Shown: positions 48,976 to 58,646 of the stretch, piece after piece
Numbering within the stretch: position 1 is the first letter of the stretch
Layout: each line of letters begins with the position of its first letter
From: an uncultured virus (IMG/VR IMGVR_UViG_643886092_000009)
Taxonomy: Duplodnaviria; Heunggongvirae; Uroviricota; Caudoviricetes
DNA: 64,000 bases
Direction: 5' to 3' (one strand)
IMG/VR virus record: IMGVR_UViG_643886092_000009
Translations under genes and position numbers: made by a program
The notes under the pieces: generated by a model
What the model was told of the DNA's origin: nothing
What the model saw: the letters and a program-made list of their open reading frames with translations, nothing else
Database searches by the model: none

Positions 48976-50214
48976 ATGAATTATTTAGTAAGTACAAGTA
49001 ACGAGTACGATTTAGAGAACTATACAAAGGTAGATAGTTTGCAAGCAGTAATAGAAGCAGATGCAAACTCTATTATTCTATTACATTCCTTTCAAGAAGA
49101 TTCTTATAAAGCTTCTTTAATGCTATCAAACTTATATAGTACAAAAGGTGTTAATAAGTTTATTTACATAAACAACTCACCTTACGAAGATGTAAGAGTA
49201 TTAATTGATAGCTTTAAAGGGGTAGTGGAAGAAGACGAGTCTTTATTGGAAGACGAGGATGAAATTGCAGGTTTAGTTGAAATTTTAAAAGAAGACTCCT
49301 TAGAAATCGCAATAGGAGAGACAGAGAATCAAAACTCACCTTTTAACGTATTGACTGAGTTTGTATCAAAGTTGTCTGAGGGTGATGAGTCATTAAACGA
49401 CCCATTATACCTAGATGTTGTTAATAGAGCATTAACAAGTGTAAATAGAGACATGAAGTTACAAGAGGAACGAATCAGTTTAATGGGTAAAGGTGTAATT
49501 GAGACGTACAACAATACCACAAAAACTATCAATAATTTACAGGTTAAAGCCGAAGAAATGAAAAACAAGCTACTAGAGATAGAGCATGATAAGAAGTATA
49601 GTGGTGCAAGCCGAAATAGGGCTAGTAACCTATCATTCTATCCGCCTATCATCTATACAGGAAACATACCTTTAATTGTATTTAAAGAAATGTCAGCTTG
49701 TAGGTATCTAACGAGTATGGTACTAGCTTATAAGAATCATTTAGAAACGATTAAGAATAAGCGTGTACGTTTGATTGTTGTATCAGGTAAACAAGAATTA
49801 ACAAAACGTAGATATGAAGGATTCTTTGAACTTACCTTACAATCTATGAAGAGTGAGTATGCAATTACAAAAGACGTAGCTTTCACTACAACACCTTTAC
49901 GAGATATGATGTTAGAAATGACAAAGAAATCAGACGAAGTGATTCTAATACTAGACCGTACCTATGAAAAAGACCCTATTTTTACAAACAAAGCAAAGGT
50001 TATTCATTGTGTAACAAGTATAGGAGAACTACGTAAGTACAATCTAAAGAGTGAAGAAAGTATCATATCTATAAGAGGTCTGAAAAACTCTTTAATGCGC
50101 CTAACTCATATTGATAGATATCCCGAAGGGGTAGAAAACAGATTAGACCGTTATGAGAAAACGTTCTATGAATCTTTCAACCGTATAGATGAATTTGTAG
50201 GTATAACAAGATAA
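48976..50214 (+). CDS. hypothetical protein (alpha/beta N-domain, coiled coil, alpha/beta C-domain)
   Basis: 412-aa ORF in operon. Confidence 0.7.
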   Translation: MNYLVSTSNEYDLENYTKVDSLQAVIEADANSIILLHSFQEDSYKASLMLSNLYSTKGVNKFIYINNSPYEDVRVLIDSFKGVVEEDESLLEDEDEIAGLVEILKEDSLEIAIGETENQNSPFNVLTEFVSKLSEGDESLNDPLYLDVVNRALTSVNRDMKLQEERISLMGKGVIETYNNTTKTINNLQVKAEEMKNKLLEIEHDKKYSGASRNRASNLSFYPPIIYTGNIPLIVFKEMSACRYLTSMVLAYKNHLETIKNKRVRLIVVSGKQELTKRRYEGFFELTLQSMKSEYAITKDVAFTTTPLRDMMLEMTKKSDEVILILDRTYEKDPIFTNKAKVIHCVTSIGELRKYNLKSEESIISIRGLKNSLMRLTHIDRYPEGVENRLDRYEKTFYESFNRIDEFVGITR

Positions 50215-50235
50215 ATAAGGAAGGACGGGGTATAG

Positions 50236-52272
50236 TTGTTCGGGTTAAGCATACCAAACTTTAAAAAGATACTTGGCGAAAAGAAACGTACCATTAAACC
50301 TTGGGGTTTATGGGACACAAGAATAGCTGAGTTTATGAATAAGAACAAAAGTGAACAAGGACCGACTAGACGTGTTAACTTCTATGCAAACACCAATGCT
50401 TTCTATAGTGGTGAGAAGAACGTGTCTTATCTGTATTTAGTAGACCAACTACCTAGTGAATTAGAGTTATCATTCCGTAAAACGATTAGACGAGAGTGTA
50501 AAGCAGGGGTACGTATTACCTTCATTACAAACTTAAACCGAGATACAATTAACTGGGAAAGTCCTACAAATAAGAATAAACTTCAAACATGGAAGAACTT
50601 AGAGAAAGCCAATGATAGAGAGGTTAGTATCTATGAAGCGGCAGGAGAGGTTGGACGTTTAGACCTACAAAACTATAAGAAGAAAAGTATTGAATATTTA
50701 ATCAATGCAGACTTACGTAGAAAGAGAAAGTTATTTAACGTACAAGGTATTATGTTAATTACAGGTGAACGAGGGTTAGCATTTGATGATACGGTTAAAT
50801 CAGTAGAGTCTTCTTGTAAACGTAGTAAAATTAAGATTAAACGTATAACAGGTAATTTAACGGATTACTTAGAAACGTTTAGTCCTTTCTCACTACGTAA
50901 GAATAGTGGGGTAATTAAACGAACTGGTTCAAACGTTATACCTGATGAATTAGTAGCAAGATTAAACTCTTACGACCAAGGTACAGTTGGAACAGGTTCG
51001 ATGTATTGGGGTACTGATATCTATTCTAAGAAACCAGTATTAAAAGAGCCAAAAGTAATAGACACTGATGCAGAGAACTGGTTAATTGCGGCTGAGACTG
51101 GTGGAGGAAAATCCTACTTTGTAAAATCATCTTGTATTCAATTACTTGGACGAAACGATATGGTAGGAACAATTAACGATATCGAGGGTGATGAGTATGA
51201 AGACTTAGGTTACATCATCGCAAACCATAGTAGCGTTGTTATGTTAGATATTGGTGAGTCAGGTGGTTCTTACTTTGACCCTGTAGAGATATACGAAACA
51301 GGAGTTGCAGATTTAGATGAAGAAATGCACTCTTTATCAGTTTCCTTTACAAAAAGTATGTTTAAAACATTAGTAGGAGACAAGCTACTACAAAAGCGTG
51401 ACTGGGCTGAAACAATCATCGAGAATGGGGTAGAAGAGTTCTACGCTGATTTAGGGGTAGTAAACAGTGATAGTAAGACTTGGAAGAAAACAAAAGGTAA
51501 AACTATCTTTGATGTTTACGAAAAGATTAAAATATACAAACCTCATAAATTAAATTCTGAGTTTGAAGCGGATAAAGAGTTAGTTATCGCTCAATTAGAG
51601 TCAAGATTAGGTAGAAACAGTCGTACAACAGGTAGATTCAGTAATCGTGTACAATTCGACTCTATCCGTGATGCGAAACTAGTAATTAACTCATTCGGTA
51701 TGAAAGGTCGTTCAGCTTCTACAGTAAGTGCGGTAGACATGGCGTTAATGCAGTTATACACCGCTTTAATCTCTCATTTACGTTCTGTATTTGCGAAATC
51801 AAGGGGTATGTATAACTTTAAAATTTGGGAAGAGTTCCAACGTTGGGGTGGATTCCCTGGTGCGGAAGAAACACTTAAAACTCCATTATCAGGTGGACGT
51901 AAATTAGGTGATATTAATATTATTATCACAAACAGACCTTCCGAATTACTAGAAACAGACCGATTCAAAATCTTTGACTCAATCACTACATTTGCAATTG
52001 GGGCTGTAGGTGACTCGAAAGTTCGTCATGAACTATGTGAACGTCTACAAATGCCGTTAATGAAGAAAGAATTAGATTTAATTGAAAGAAACCGTAAGAA
52101 ATCCGATGATAATACAACAGAGTATGAAGACTTCGATGCAATCAAGATGAATCCATACGCAAAAGCTTTCCTTGTTGGATTAGAGAGACGAGATTTCTCT
52201 ATTACGAAAATTGTATTACCTGATAGCTTGTCTAAAACAAGACTATTCCAAACTGGTGTAAAAATAGGATAA
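50236..52272 (+). CDS. VirB4-like conjugation ATPase
   Basis: Walker A AETGGGKS; INDIEGDEY; Walker B KIWEEFQRW; GGRKLG. Confidence 0.8.
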   Translation: MFGLSIPNFKKILGEKKRTIKPWGLWDTRIAEFMNKNKSEQGPTRRVNFYANTNAFYSGEKNVSYLYLVDQLPSELELSFRKTIRRECKAGVRITFITNLNRDTINWESPTNKNKLQTWKNLEKANDREVSIYEAAGEVGRLDLQNYKKKSIEYLINADLRRKRKLFNVQGIMLITGERGLAFDDTVKSVESSCKRSKIKIKRITGNLTDYLETFSPFSLRKNSGVIKRTGSNVIPDELVARLNSYDQGTVGTGSMYWGTDIYSKKPVLKEPKVIDTDAENWLIAAETGGGKSYFVKSSCIQLLGRNDMVGTINDIEGDEYEDLGYIIANHSSVVMLDIGESGGSYFDPVEIYETGVADLDEEMHSLSVSFTKSMFKTLVGDKLLQKRDWAETIIENGVEEFYADLGVVNSDSKTWKKTKGKTIFDVYEKIKIYKPHKLNSEFEADKELVIAQLESRLGRNSRTTGRFSNRVQFDSIRDAKLVINSFGMKGRSASTVSAVDMALMQLYTALISHLRSVFAKSRGMYNFKIWEEFQRWGGFPGAEETLKTPLSGGRKLGDINIIITNRPSELLETDRFKIFDSITTFAIGAVGDSKVRHELCERLQMPLMKKELDLIERNRKKSDDNTTEYEDFDAIKMNPYAKAFLVGLERRDFSITKIVLPDSLSKTRLFQTGVKIG

Positions 52273-52377
52273 CTTGTATTTTAGTATGACATGTATTCAA
52301 CTACGGAGAATTGACTCAAAAACAACCTATAAACGAGTTACAAAAGAGAGGAAATACAAGTAAACTGAGGTGCGAGG

Positions 52378-52740
52378 GTGCAAGATGTAATACAATTCTT
52401 TCAAACAACATTAGGGGTATCGTTGCTTATATTTTTAGCGTATTTTCCTTTGGTTGATTTTATGCGGAGACTTTATCTATATGAGTTAACATTATATAAC
52501 CGATTAGAAAAAGAGTACAGACCAATTATAAAATATACAATGGGTTTTCAAACGATAGCATTCATTGTGTTTTATGTAATTGCTCCTTATTTCTCTATTC
52601 AGAAATACATGGTAGATGGTGTAACTTCCTTATTAATACTTCCAGTTGCATTTTTTATCCTGACAAACATGGGAATCTTTACAATATACGGATTGATTCA
52701 TACAGGTAAAATAAAAGTAACTTTAAAAGATAAGAAGTAA
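52378..52740 (+). CDS. membrane protein
   Basis: Three hydrophobic segments; GAGGTG RBS. Confidence 0.7.
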   Translation: MQDVIQFFQTTLGVSLLIFLAYFPLVDFMRRLYLYELTLYNRLEKEYRPIIKYTMGFQTIAFIVFYVIAPYFSIQKYMVDGVTSLLILPVAFFILTNMGIFTIYGLIHTGKIKVTLKDKK

Positions 52741-52761
52741 GGTAAAACTCCTTGAAAGGAG

Positions 52762-52992
52762 GTGGAAACGATTATGAACTTACATGCGTTAGATATGCAA
52801 GTTGCTATTGCTTTTGTAGGGGTACTTTTATTTACAGTTGCGACAGTTTGGTTGACATTAAAATTCGACATTACGAAAAAGCTTCAACCTGTTAGAACTT
52901 GGATGGAAAGTCATAAACTTATGACTGTGACAGGTACATTATCTGTTCTATTCTTGTCTATGTGTCTACAGTACTTAGGTTACATTCAGTAA
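52762..52992 (+). CDS. small two-TM membrane protein
   Basis: AAAGGAGG RBS; hydrophobic. Confidence 0.7.
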   Translation: METIMNLHALDMQVAIAFVGVLLFTVATVWLTLKFDITKKLQPVRTWMESHKLMTVTGTLSVLFLSMCLQYLGYIQ

Positions 52993-53055
52993 AGAACTAG
53001 TGTAGTATTACTGATTAACTGAGAAGGTATTAACTAACTTAAATATGTAAAGTAT

Positions 53056-53079
53056 AGGGCGAGGTTTTCCTCGTCCCTT
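53056..53079 (+). terminator. hairpin terminator inside the transfer cluster
   Basis: AGGGCGAGG-TTTT-CCTCGTCCCT. Confidence 0.65.
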
Positions 53080-53143
53080 ATTTGTATACATAGCTTTAAA
53101 ACTATGTAAGTAAAGTCGTAAGACTATAAGGAGTGGTAAGTGG

Positions 53144-54172
53144 ATGTTAAGTGGAATAACAAGTTGGATTATGGAACACAAGAAAACCACGCTTGCAATA
53201 GCAGGGGTAGTTATCATTAGTTTCATATCCTATAATGTTGCGGCAGACCGACAAGCCAAGAAGGAAGCTGAGGTTTCAGCAGAGAAAAGCGCAAAAGAAG
53301 AAAACGTTAAGTCTGAATTCGACATTGAACAAGAGAAACTAGTGAAGAAACATGGCGCACCAAAGAAAGGTTTCCGTTGGACAGACGATGGTAAGCTTCA
53401 AGCAATAGGAGATAAAGGTATGACCAGTGAGGACGTTATTTATGCATATGTTCGTGGTCTATCAACTCTAGATTTCTCTAATGCACAAAGATATAGCTAT
53501 AAGACTGATGTAGTAAAATCATACCAAGGATTCTACGAAGCAGAACAAGATTTTACATACAATAAGAACTTCCAAAAAGGTATGTATAAACAAGTACTAT
53601 TAAGTCTTAGACCAAACAAAATTGAAGATACAGCTTTATTCGCTGATTATAAAACTTCAATTACAATGAATATCGAGTTATTAGATTTAAGTAACAAGGA
53701 TTTTTGGTTAAAAGACAAAGATAAAATCTTCCAAGACTTGAAAAAGTACAAAGTGAATGAGCGTGATACAACAAAAATGAAAGATTACTTATTCAACTAC
53801 GTACTAAGTTACTATTCAGGTGAGAAGCCAAAAACTAGAAATGTAAAAGTAAACTTTGTAATGCAACAAACTATGGATGGTTCATGGTTAGTTACAAATG
53901 ATGCTGAATTAGATGCATTAGCGAAGTACCAAGACGGTGAAATCGTAGTAAACCAAATCTTAGACCAGTTTGAGCGTTGGATTGGTAAGTCAGGTGAAGA
54001 TGTAACTCCTGATGCTAAGATTGAGAACACTGAAATTGGTAATGTAAACGGTAATATTGAGAATAAGAAAGATTCAGATAACGTTAACCCTTATAGTAGA
54101 CCTAACAATGATAATGATAAAATCAATCAAAACGCACCGAAAGACGATGCACCAACTATCATTGAGAGGTAA
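53144..54172 (+). CDS. bitopic membrane protein, NTF2-like extracellular domain (VirB8-like candidate)
   Basis: N-term TM; EDVIYAYVRGLSTLDF...KVNFVMQQTMDGSWLV. Confidence 0.55.
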   Translation: MLSGITSWIMEHKKTTLAIAGVVIISFISYNVAADRQAKKEAEVSAEKSAKEENVKSEFDIEQEKLVKKHGAPKKGFRWTDDGKLQAIGDKGMTSEDVIYAYVRGLSTLDFSNAQRYSYKTDVVKSYQGFYEAEQDFTYNKNFQKGMYKQVLLSLRPNKIEDTALFADYKTSITMNIELLDLSNKDFWLKDKDKIFQDLKKYKVNERDTTKMKDYLFNYVLSYYSGEKPKTRNVKVNFVMQQTMDGSWLVTNDAELDALAKYQDGEIVVNQILDQFERWIGKSGEDVTPDAKIENTEIGNVNGNIENKKDSDNVNPYSRPNNDNDKINQNAPKDDAPTIIER

Positions 54173-54185
54173 GGAGGGGTAGACA

Positions 54186-54344
54186 ATGAATGTTGCGTAT
54201 GCTTTAAGTTTCGCTTTGTTCTTGTTTCTCGTTTCAGTATTTACAACGAATAAAGACACAATAAACGAGAAATCAAAGCGTAACTTTTGGATTCTAGCAG
54301 GATTGTTTGGGGTATATAGTGTAATTCGATTTATACTAGCCTAA
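54186..54344 (+). CDS. 52-aa two-TM microprotein (not in ORF track)
   Basis: AAGGAGGGG RBS; MNVAYALSFALFLFLV...RFILA*. Confidence 0.7.
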   Translation: MNVAYALSFALFLFLVSVFTTNKDTINEKSKRNFWILAGLFGVYSVIRFILA

Positions 54345-54362
54345 ACAGAAAGGTAGGAAGTT

Positions 54363-54503
54363 ATGTCAATATCAGTATTAAAGATTCTACTTGTATTACT
54401 ATTAATCTATTCTTTATTTACAAGAAAGATGTCCTTAAATGGGAAGACTAGAGTGGTCTTCCTATTAATAGTAGCAATCTTTATCACCTTTTTCTTTATC
54501 TAA
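54363..54503 (+). CDS. 46-aa two-TM microprotein (not in ORF track)
   Basis: AAGGTAGG RBS; MSISVLKILLVLLLIY...FITFFFI*. Confidence 0.65.
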   Translation: MSISVLKILLVLLLIYSLFTRKMSLNGKTRVVFLLIVAIFITFFFI

Positions 54504-54553
54504 ACTGAGGTAAAGAGTAATAGTTTCAAAGTCTAAGAAAGGAGGGGTATTGT

Positions 54554-56884
54554 ATGAGTTTCGACTCACGAAACTTTGTCTCTGACGATGACTTAGCAAA
54601 AGAACGTCAGGATAGGCAAGACAGACAAAACCCACCAAGCGTAGAACATGGTCAAGGTGGAGACCCGTTTTCTGATTTGGATATAGATGCTATGTTCAGT
54701 AATCCTTCTCCTTCTTCACCAACTGATAATAACAACTCGTTTAACTCATTCGGTGATGCACCTCCACTGGGGCAACCTTTAGGTGGTGGAAATGACCCTT
54801 TCTTAAACCCAATTGGAGGTATACCACCGATGGGAGGTATGAACCAACCACCTACACCATTCGGTCAACCACCACAACAACCTAAGAGTGACGAAGAGAA
54901 AATAATGGATGCAGGAAAGAAGAGTTGGTCATTCATTAAAGACTTAGGTAGTGGATTTCATGATTTAAAATCAACACCTACAAACTGGTCTATGACTGGT
55001 AGGAACTTAGTTAAAATGTCAGCAATCGCTTGTGGTTTATCCTTTGCAACTATGATGATATTTAAGAAAGACGTAATGGACTTCATGATGGGTAGCGGTT
55101 TTACCGCAATTGTAGGGGTATTGTTATTATCTTTCAATAATGATAAAGCACGAATGATAAAAGGTACAGACGGAGAAGAGGAACAGCCCTTTGATATTAA
55201 TAAAATAGAGGGAGACCCTTTACCACAAGATGATATCTTTGCGAATGCATTTGCAACTGAACCTAACATGGTAGTTAACTTAGATAAACCACCATTAGAA
55301 GAAGTACAGCCTTTTGACTCCTATGAAGAAGATGAAGACGAAGGAGAAGAGGATGACGATGAATTTGATGATGGTTGGGACGAGTTCGATGAAGAAGAAG
55401 ACGATGAATACGATGAGGAAGACGATGAAATAACAGAATTTGTTACAGTAGATGAAGCACCTACTGATATAGCAACTGTCTTAACTGATGTAGACCAAGT
55501 ACCCGCAGGTATGTATACAAGACATTTCTTATATGAAAACTATAAGAAAGCCTTAACAAGTATTACACCATCTTATAGTGATACAATCTATTTAGATGAA
55601 GATGAGGATGACGAGTGGGATGCATACAGTAGACTGATTCGAGAAGTTCAACAACAAATGGACTTAGAATCAGGGGCAGACGATTACGAAAGTGATTTAT
55701 CTGAAATTCTTTCTGTAGAAAAACGTCTATTAACTGTTTATGTAGAAGCAACAAGACCGAAGAAGCTTAAAAACAGTAAGATAGAAGAGTTTAACCGAGA
55801 ATTATCAAATATCGTTTCAAGGGTAAAAGGAAGACTAGTAGAAGGAAGATACTCACAAACAATAGCAGTTGGTAACACAATTTACATTACAATCTTTACA
55901 GGTGAAACAGCAAGTGTATCTGTTAAAGACGCTATTATAAAAGAGCAAGATTTCTTCTTAAATACAGACAACCGTATTCCAGTTGTAATGGGCTTTAACG
56001 AATTAGGAGACACAATTAAAACTGATTTATATGATGTGGAATCTATCCTAACAGCAGGTATGCCAAGGGGTGGTAAAACATTCTCTGTTAAAACGGTAAT
56101 GTCTCAAATGGTTCAATTTTGTAGTCCATCAGAAGTTAATTTCTACTTTGCAGACGTAAAAGGTAAAGTATCTGACTGGTATCAGTTCAGAACACCTCAT
56201 GTTAGAAGGTTTGAAAGTAACCCACAAGACATCATAACAATGTTAACTCACCTAACAGAAGTAGAAGGACCGAGACGTGAGAAGATAATGGCAGAAGTAG
56301 GGGTAACAAACTTAAAAGACTATAATCAAGTTCCGCATGATGTTGAACTTCCTATGATTTATGTTGTTATAGATGAAATGGCAACTCTAATGCAGAAGTT
56401 AACAGACAAGGATAAAAAGTTATTCCATGCAAGAATGGTCGATTTAGTAACGAAAATGCCAGGGTTTGGACTTAGATTATGGGGTATTCCTCACTTAGTT
56501 AAGAATGATATCATCCCTAAAACAGTATCAGACTTAATACCTTGTAAGATATCTGTTAAAGGTGATGAGAGTCACGTAGAAGCTACAACTGGTGCAAAAC
56601 CAAGTAAGTTCAAATTTAAATTATCACACGTAGGGGATTGTGCAGTAAACATGCCATCAATCTCTAGTGACGTATTCTTTATGCACTCATTTATCTTAGC
56701 TAAGAACGGTACAGGGGTAACTCGTGTATTAGATTATCAAGCGAAGTTATGGGAGAAACTAGAGCCTGATTCCATAAAAGGTTCACTTGCCTATCAACTA
56801 GACAATACAAACAAGCAAAAAGTAATATTAGATAAGTTAGACTTACCTAGTGAGCCTGTATTTGGTAAAGATGGAATGTACTAG
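54554..56884 (+). CDS. FtsK/SpoIIIE-family membrane ATPase (DNA translocase / coupling protein)
   Basis: Two TMs, acidic linker, IPVVMG...SILTAGMPRGGKT Walker A, PSEVNFYFADVK, PMIYVVIDEM Walker B. Confidence 0.85.
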   Translation: MSFDSRNFVSDDDLAKERQDRQDRQNPPSVEHGQGGDPFSDLDIDAMFSNPSPSSPTDNNNSFNSFGDAPPLGQPLGGGNDPFLNPIGGIPPMGGMNQPPTPFGQPPQQPKSDEEKIMDAGKKSWSFIKDLGSGFHDLKSTPTNWSMTGRNLVKMSAIACGLSFATMMIFKKDVMDFMMGSGFTAIVGVLLLSFNNDKARMIKGTDGEEEQPFDINKIEGDPLPQDDIFANAFATEPNMVVNLDKPPLEEVQPFDSYEEDEDEGEEDDDEFDDGWDEFDEEEDDEYDEEDDEITEFVTVDEAPTDIATVLTDVDQVPAGMYTRHFLYENYKKALTSITPSYSDTIYLDEDEDDEWDAYSRLIREVQQQMDLESGADDYESDLSEILSVEKRLLTVYVEATRPKKLKNSKIEEFNRELSNIVSRVKGRLVEGRYSQTIAVGNTIYITIFTGETASVSVKDAIIKEQDFFLNTDNRIPVVMGFNELGDTIKTDLYDVESILTAGMPRGGKTFSVKTVMSQMVQFCSPSEVNFYFADVKGKVSDWYQFRTPHVRRFESNPQDIITMLTHLTEVEGPRREKIMAEVGVTNLKDYNQVPHDVELPMIYVVIDEMATLMQKLTDKDKKLFHARMVDLVTKMPGFGLRLWGIPHLVKNDIIPKTVSDLIPCKISVKGDESHVEATTGAKPSKFKFKLSHVGDCAVNMPSISSDVFFMHSFILAKNGTGVTRVLDYQAKLWEKLEPDSIKGSLAYQLDNTNKQKVILDKLDLPSEPVFGKDGMY

Positions 56885-56916
56885 GGGTAGTCAGTGATTT
56901 TAGACCTTAAAAGAAG

Positions 56917-58203
56917 GTGTTTTATTTGCGAGTAATGTTAGAAAGTATATCCAATGAAGACTTATATTTTGCCTTACAAAAGTATGGTGAGAAATTAGCA
57001 GACAATAAGAAAGATTATAGTCAAGTAAAAGCGGAAGAGTTTGAGAGGTTACAGCTTCTTAGACCTCTTCCAGTATTAGATGAACGGAGTCTGATATCCG
57101 AAGAGGTAGAAGAAGATTATGAAATACAATTAAAAGCTTCCGAGTCAATAGAGCATATTACATTAGACTCTATTCTACCACATGAGATTACAAGTCATAT
57201 TGAAGGTGTCTTTGAGAAGCTAAACAGTAATGTAAACTTAGATTTAGTTTCGGAAGATGAGCCAATTGATTACACAAAAGAAGAACCTCCAGTTGCTATT
57301 ATAGATGAAGAAGAGGATGAAGAAATTGTAGATGATGAAATTATAGACGATGATGTCATTGAAGACGATGAAATAGAAGATGAAGAACTAGAAGATGATG
57401 AACTAGAAGACGAAGACGAGGAAGAAATAATTGAAGATGACGATGAAGAAGAATTGTTAGACGATGATGAGGATGAAGAAGACCTTGAAGAAGACTTTGA
57501 GGAAGAGGAAGAAGAGGAATTCTTAGAAGACGAAGAAGATGAAGAGATTATAGAGGAAGACGAAGATGACTTTGAGGATGAGGAAGAGTTGGAAGACGAA
57601 GAAGATGACTTTGAGGATGAGGAAGAGTTGGAAGAGGAAGAAGAGTCCTATGAACCTGAGCCTGAACCTATAATCGAAGAAGTCAAACTAGTAAAACCAG
57701 TCATTACACCTCCAATCGTAGAAAAGAAAGAGAAAGTTCAAGCTTTCGAACCAGTGTTTAAAATGGATGCACCAGTCATTAAGAAGACTGAACCAGTATT
57801 CAAGAAAGATACACCAGTTGTAGCACCTCCAAAACCTGAGTTGAAGAAAGAAGAACCTGTTCAAAGTCAATTCGATGTTCCAAATAATCCAAGACCGAGT
57901 CGTAGAGCTAATTCAAACTCACTAAGAATGCAAAGCATAGAAGGTAGTGAAGAAGACTTCATTAAAAGCATAATGAACAGTCAAAATTCCAAAGTAACTC
58001 CACCTTCATCGAATGTCAATCCATCTTCTCCAAAAGTAGAAGAAGTAAAAGTAGAAAACTTACCTCCAGACCCAATTTCGTACCTAAGACTTCATCCGAG
58101 GTCGAAGGAAAACGAGGTCAAAAAGCTATATTCACCTAAAGTAGTAGATGACTATATTAATAGTGGTATCATAACAAGGGCTAGAGGGGTATTATTAATT
58201 TAA
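56917..58203 (+). CDS. acidic/Pro-rich protein with a putative C-terminal winged-helix domain
   Basis: D/E tract, P/K linker, C-term PISYLRLHPRSKENEVKKLYSPKVVDDYINSGIITRARGVLLI. Confidence 0.65.
   Translation: MFYLRVMLESISNEDLYFALQKYGEKLADNKKDYSQVKAEEFERLQLLRPLPVLDERSLISEEVEEDYEIQLKASESIEHITLDSILPHEITSHIEGVFEKLNSNVNLDLVSEDEPIDYTKEEPPVAIIDEEEDEEIVDDEIIDDDVIEDDEIEDEELEDDELEDEDEEEIIEDDDEEELLDDDEDEEDLEEDFEEEEEEEFLEDEEDEEIIEEDEDDFEDEEELEDEEDDFEDEEELEEEEESYEPEPEPIIEEVKLVKPVITPPIVEKKEKVQAFEPVFKMDAPVIKKTEPVFKKDTPVVAPPKPELKKEEPVQSQFDVPNNPRPSRRANSNSLRMQSIEGSEEDFIKSIMNSQNSKVTPPSSNVNPSSPKVEEVKVENLPPDPISYLRLHPRSKENEVKKLYSPKVVDDYINSGIITRARGVLLI
57562..57635 (+). repeat. 39-bp-period tandem duplication in the acidic tract
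   Basis: GAAGATGACTTTGAGGATGAGGAAGAGTTGGAAGA at 57562 and 57601. Confidence 0.8.
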
Positions 58204-58246
58204 GTCCAGTAAACCTGTAAGAAAGTGATGAAAGAAGGGGTATTTC

Positions 58247-58591
58247 GTGTCGATTAAAGTAACAGCAGTAAGTTTTAGTTTCGCAAAAGCAATGGATGAA
58301 AACAGAAACGGTTCATGTGGGTTCTGTAGGGTTATCTTAAATGGGGTAATCACAATAAACAGGGTGAGAGTTATTAAGAAAGATGCAGACTATATTGTAC
58401 AAATGCCTGTAACTCCTTGTAGGTCTGTAGAAGAGAATGCAATTAAGTCAGTTGTACAAATAACAGATAGAGAGACGATGTCGGAAATAGAAACAGCAGT
58501 TTTAAAGGAGTATAACGAGATATTAAAGAATACAAAAGTCTATTCGAAGAAGCCCTCTAGAAATAATAATCAAACTAAAACATACAAGTAG
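58247..58591 (+). CDS. SpoVG-family nucleic-acid-binding protein
   Basis: GFCRVILNGVITINRVRVI...IVQMP...ITDRE...IETAVLKEY. Confidence 0.75.
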   Translation: MSIKVTAVSFSFAKAMDENRNGSCGFCRVILNGVITINRVRVIKKDADYIVQMPVTPCRSVEENAIKSVVQITDRETMSEIETAVLKEYNEILKNTKVYSKKPSRNNNQTKTYK

Positions 58592-58599
58592 AGAAGTTA

Positions 58600-58628
58600 A
58601 AGCCGTTGTGTAGAACAACGGCTATTTT
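58600..58628 (+). terminator. hairpin terminator
   Basis: AGCCGTTG...CAACGGCTATTTT. Confidence 0.6.
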
Positions 58629-58646
58629 AATTAGGAGGAAGGTTAA

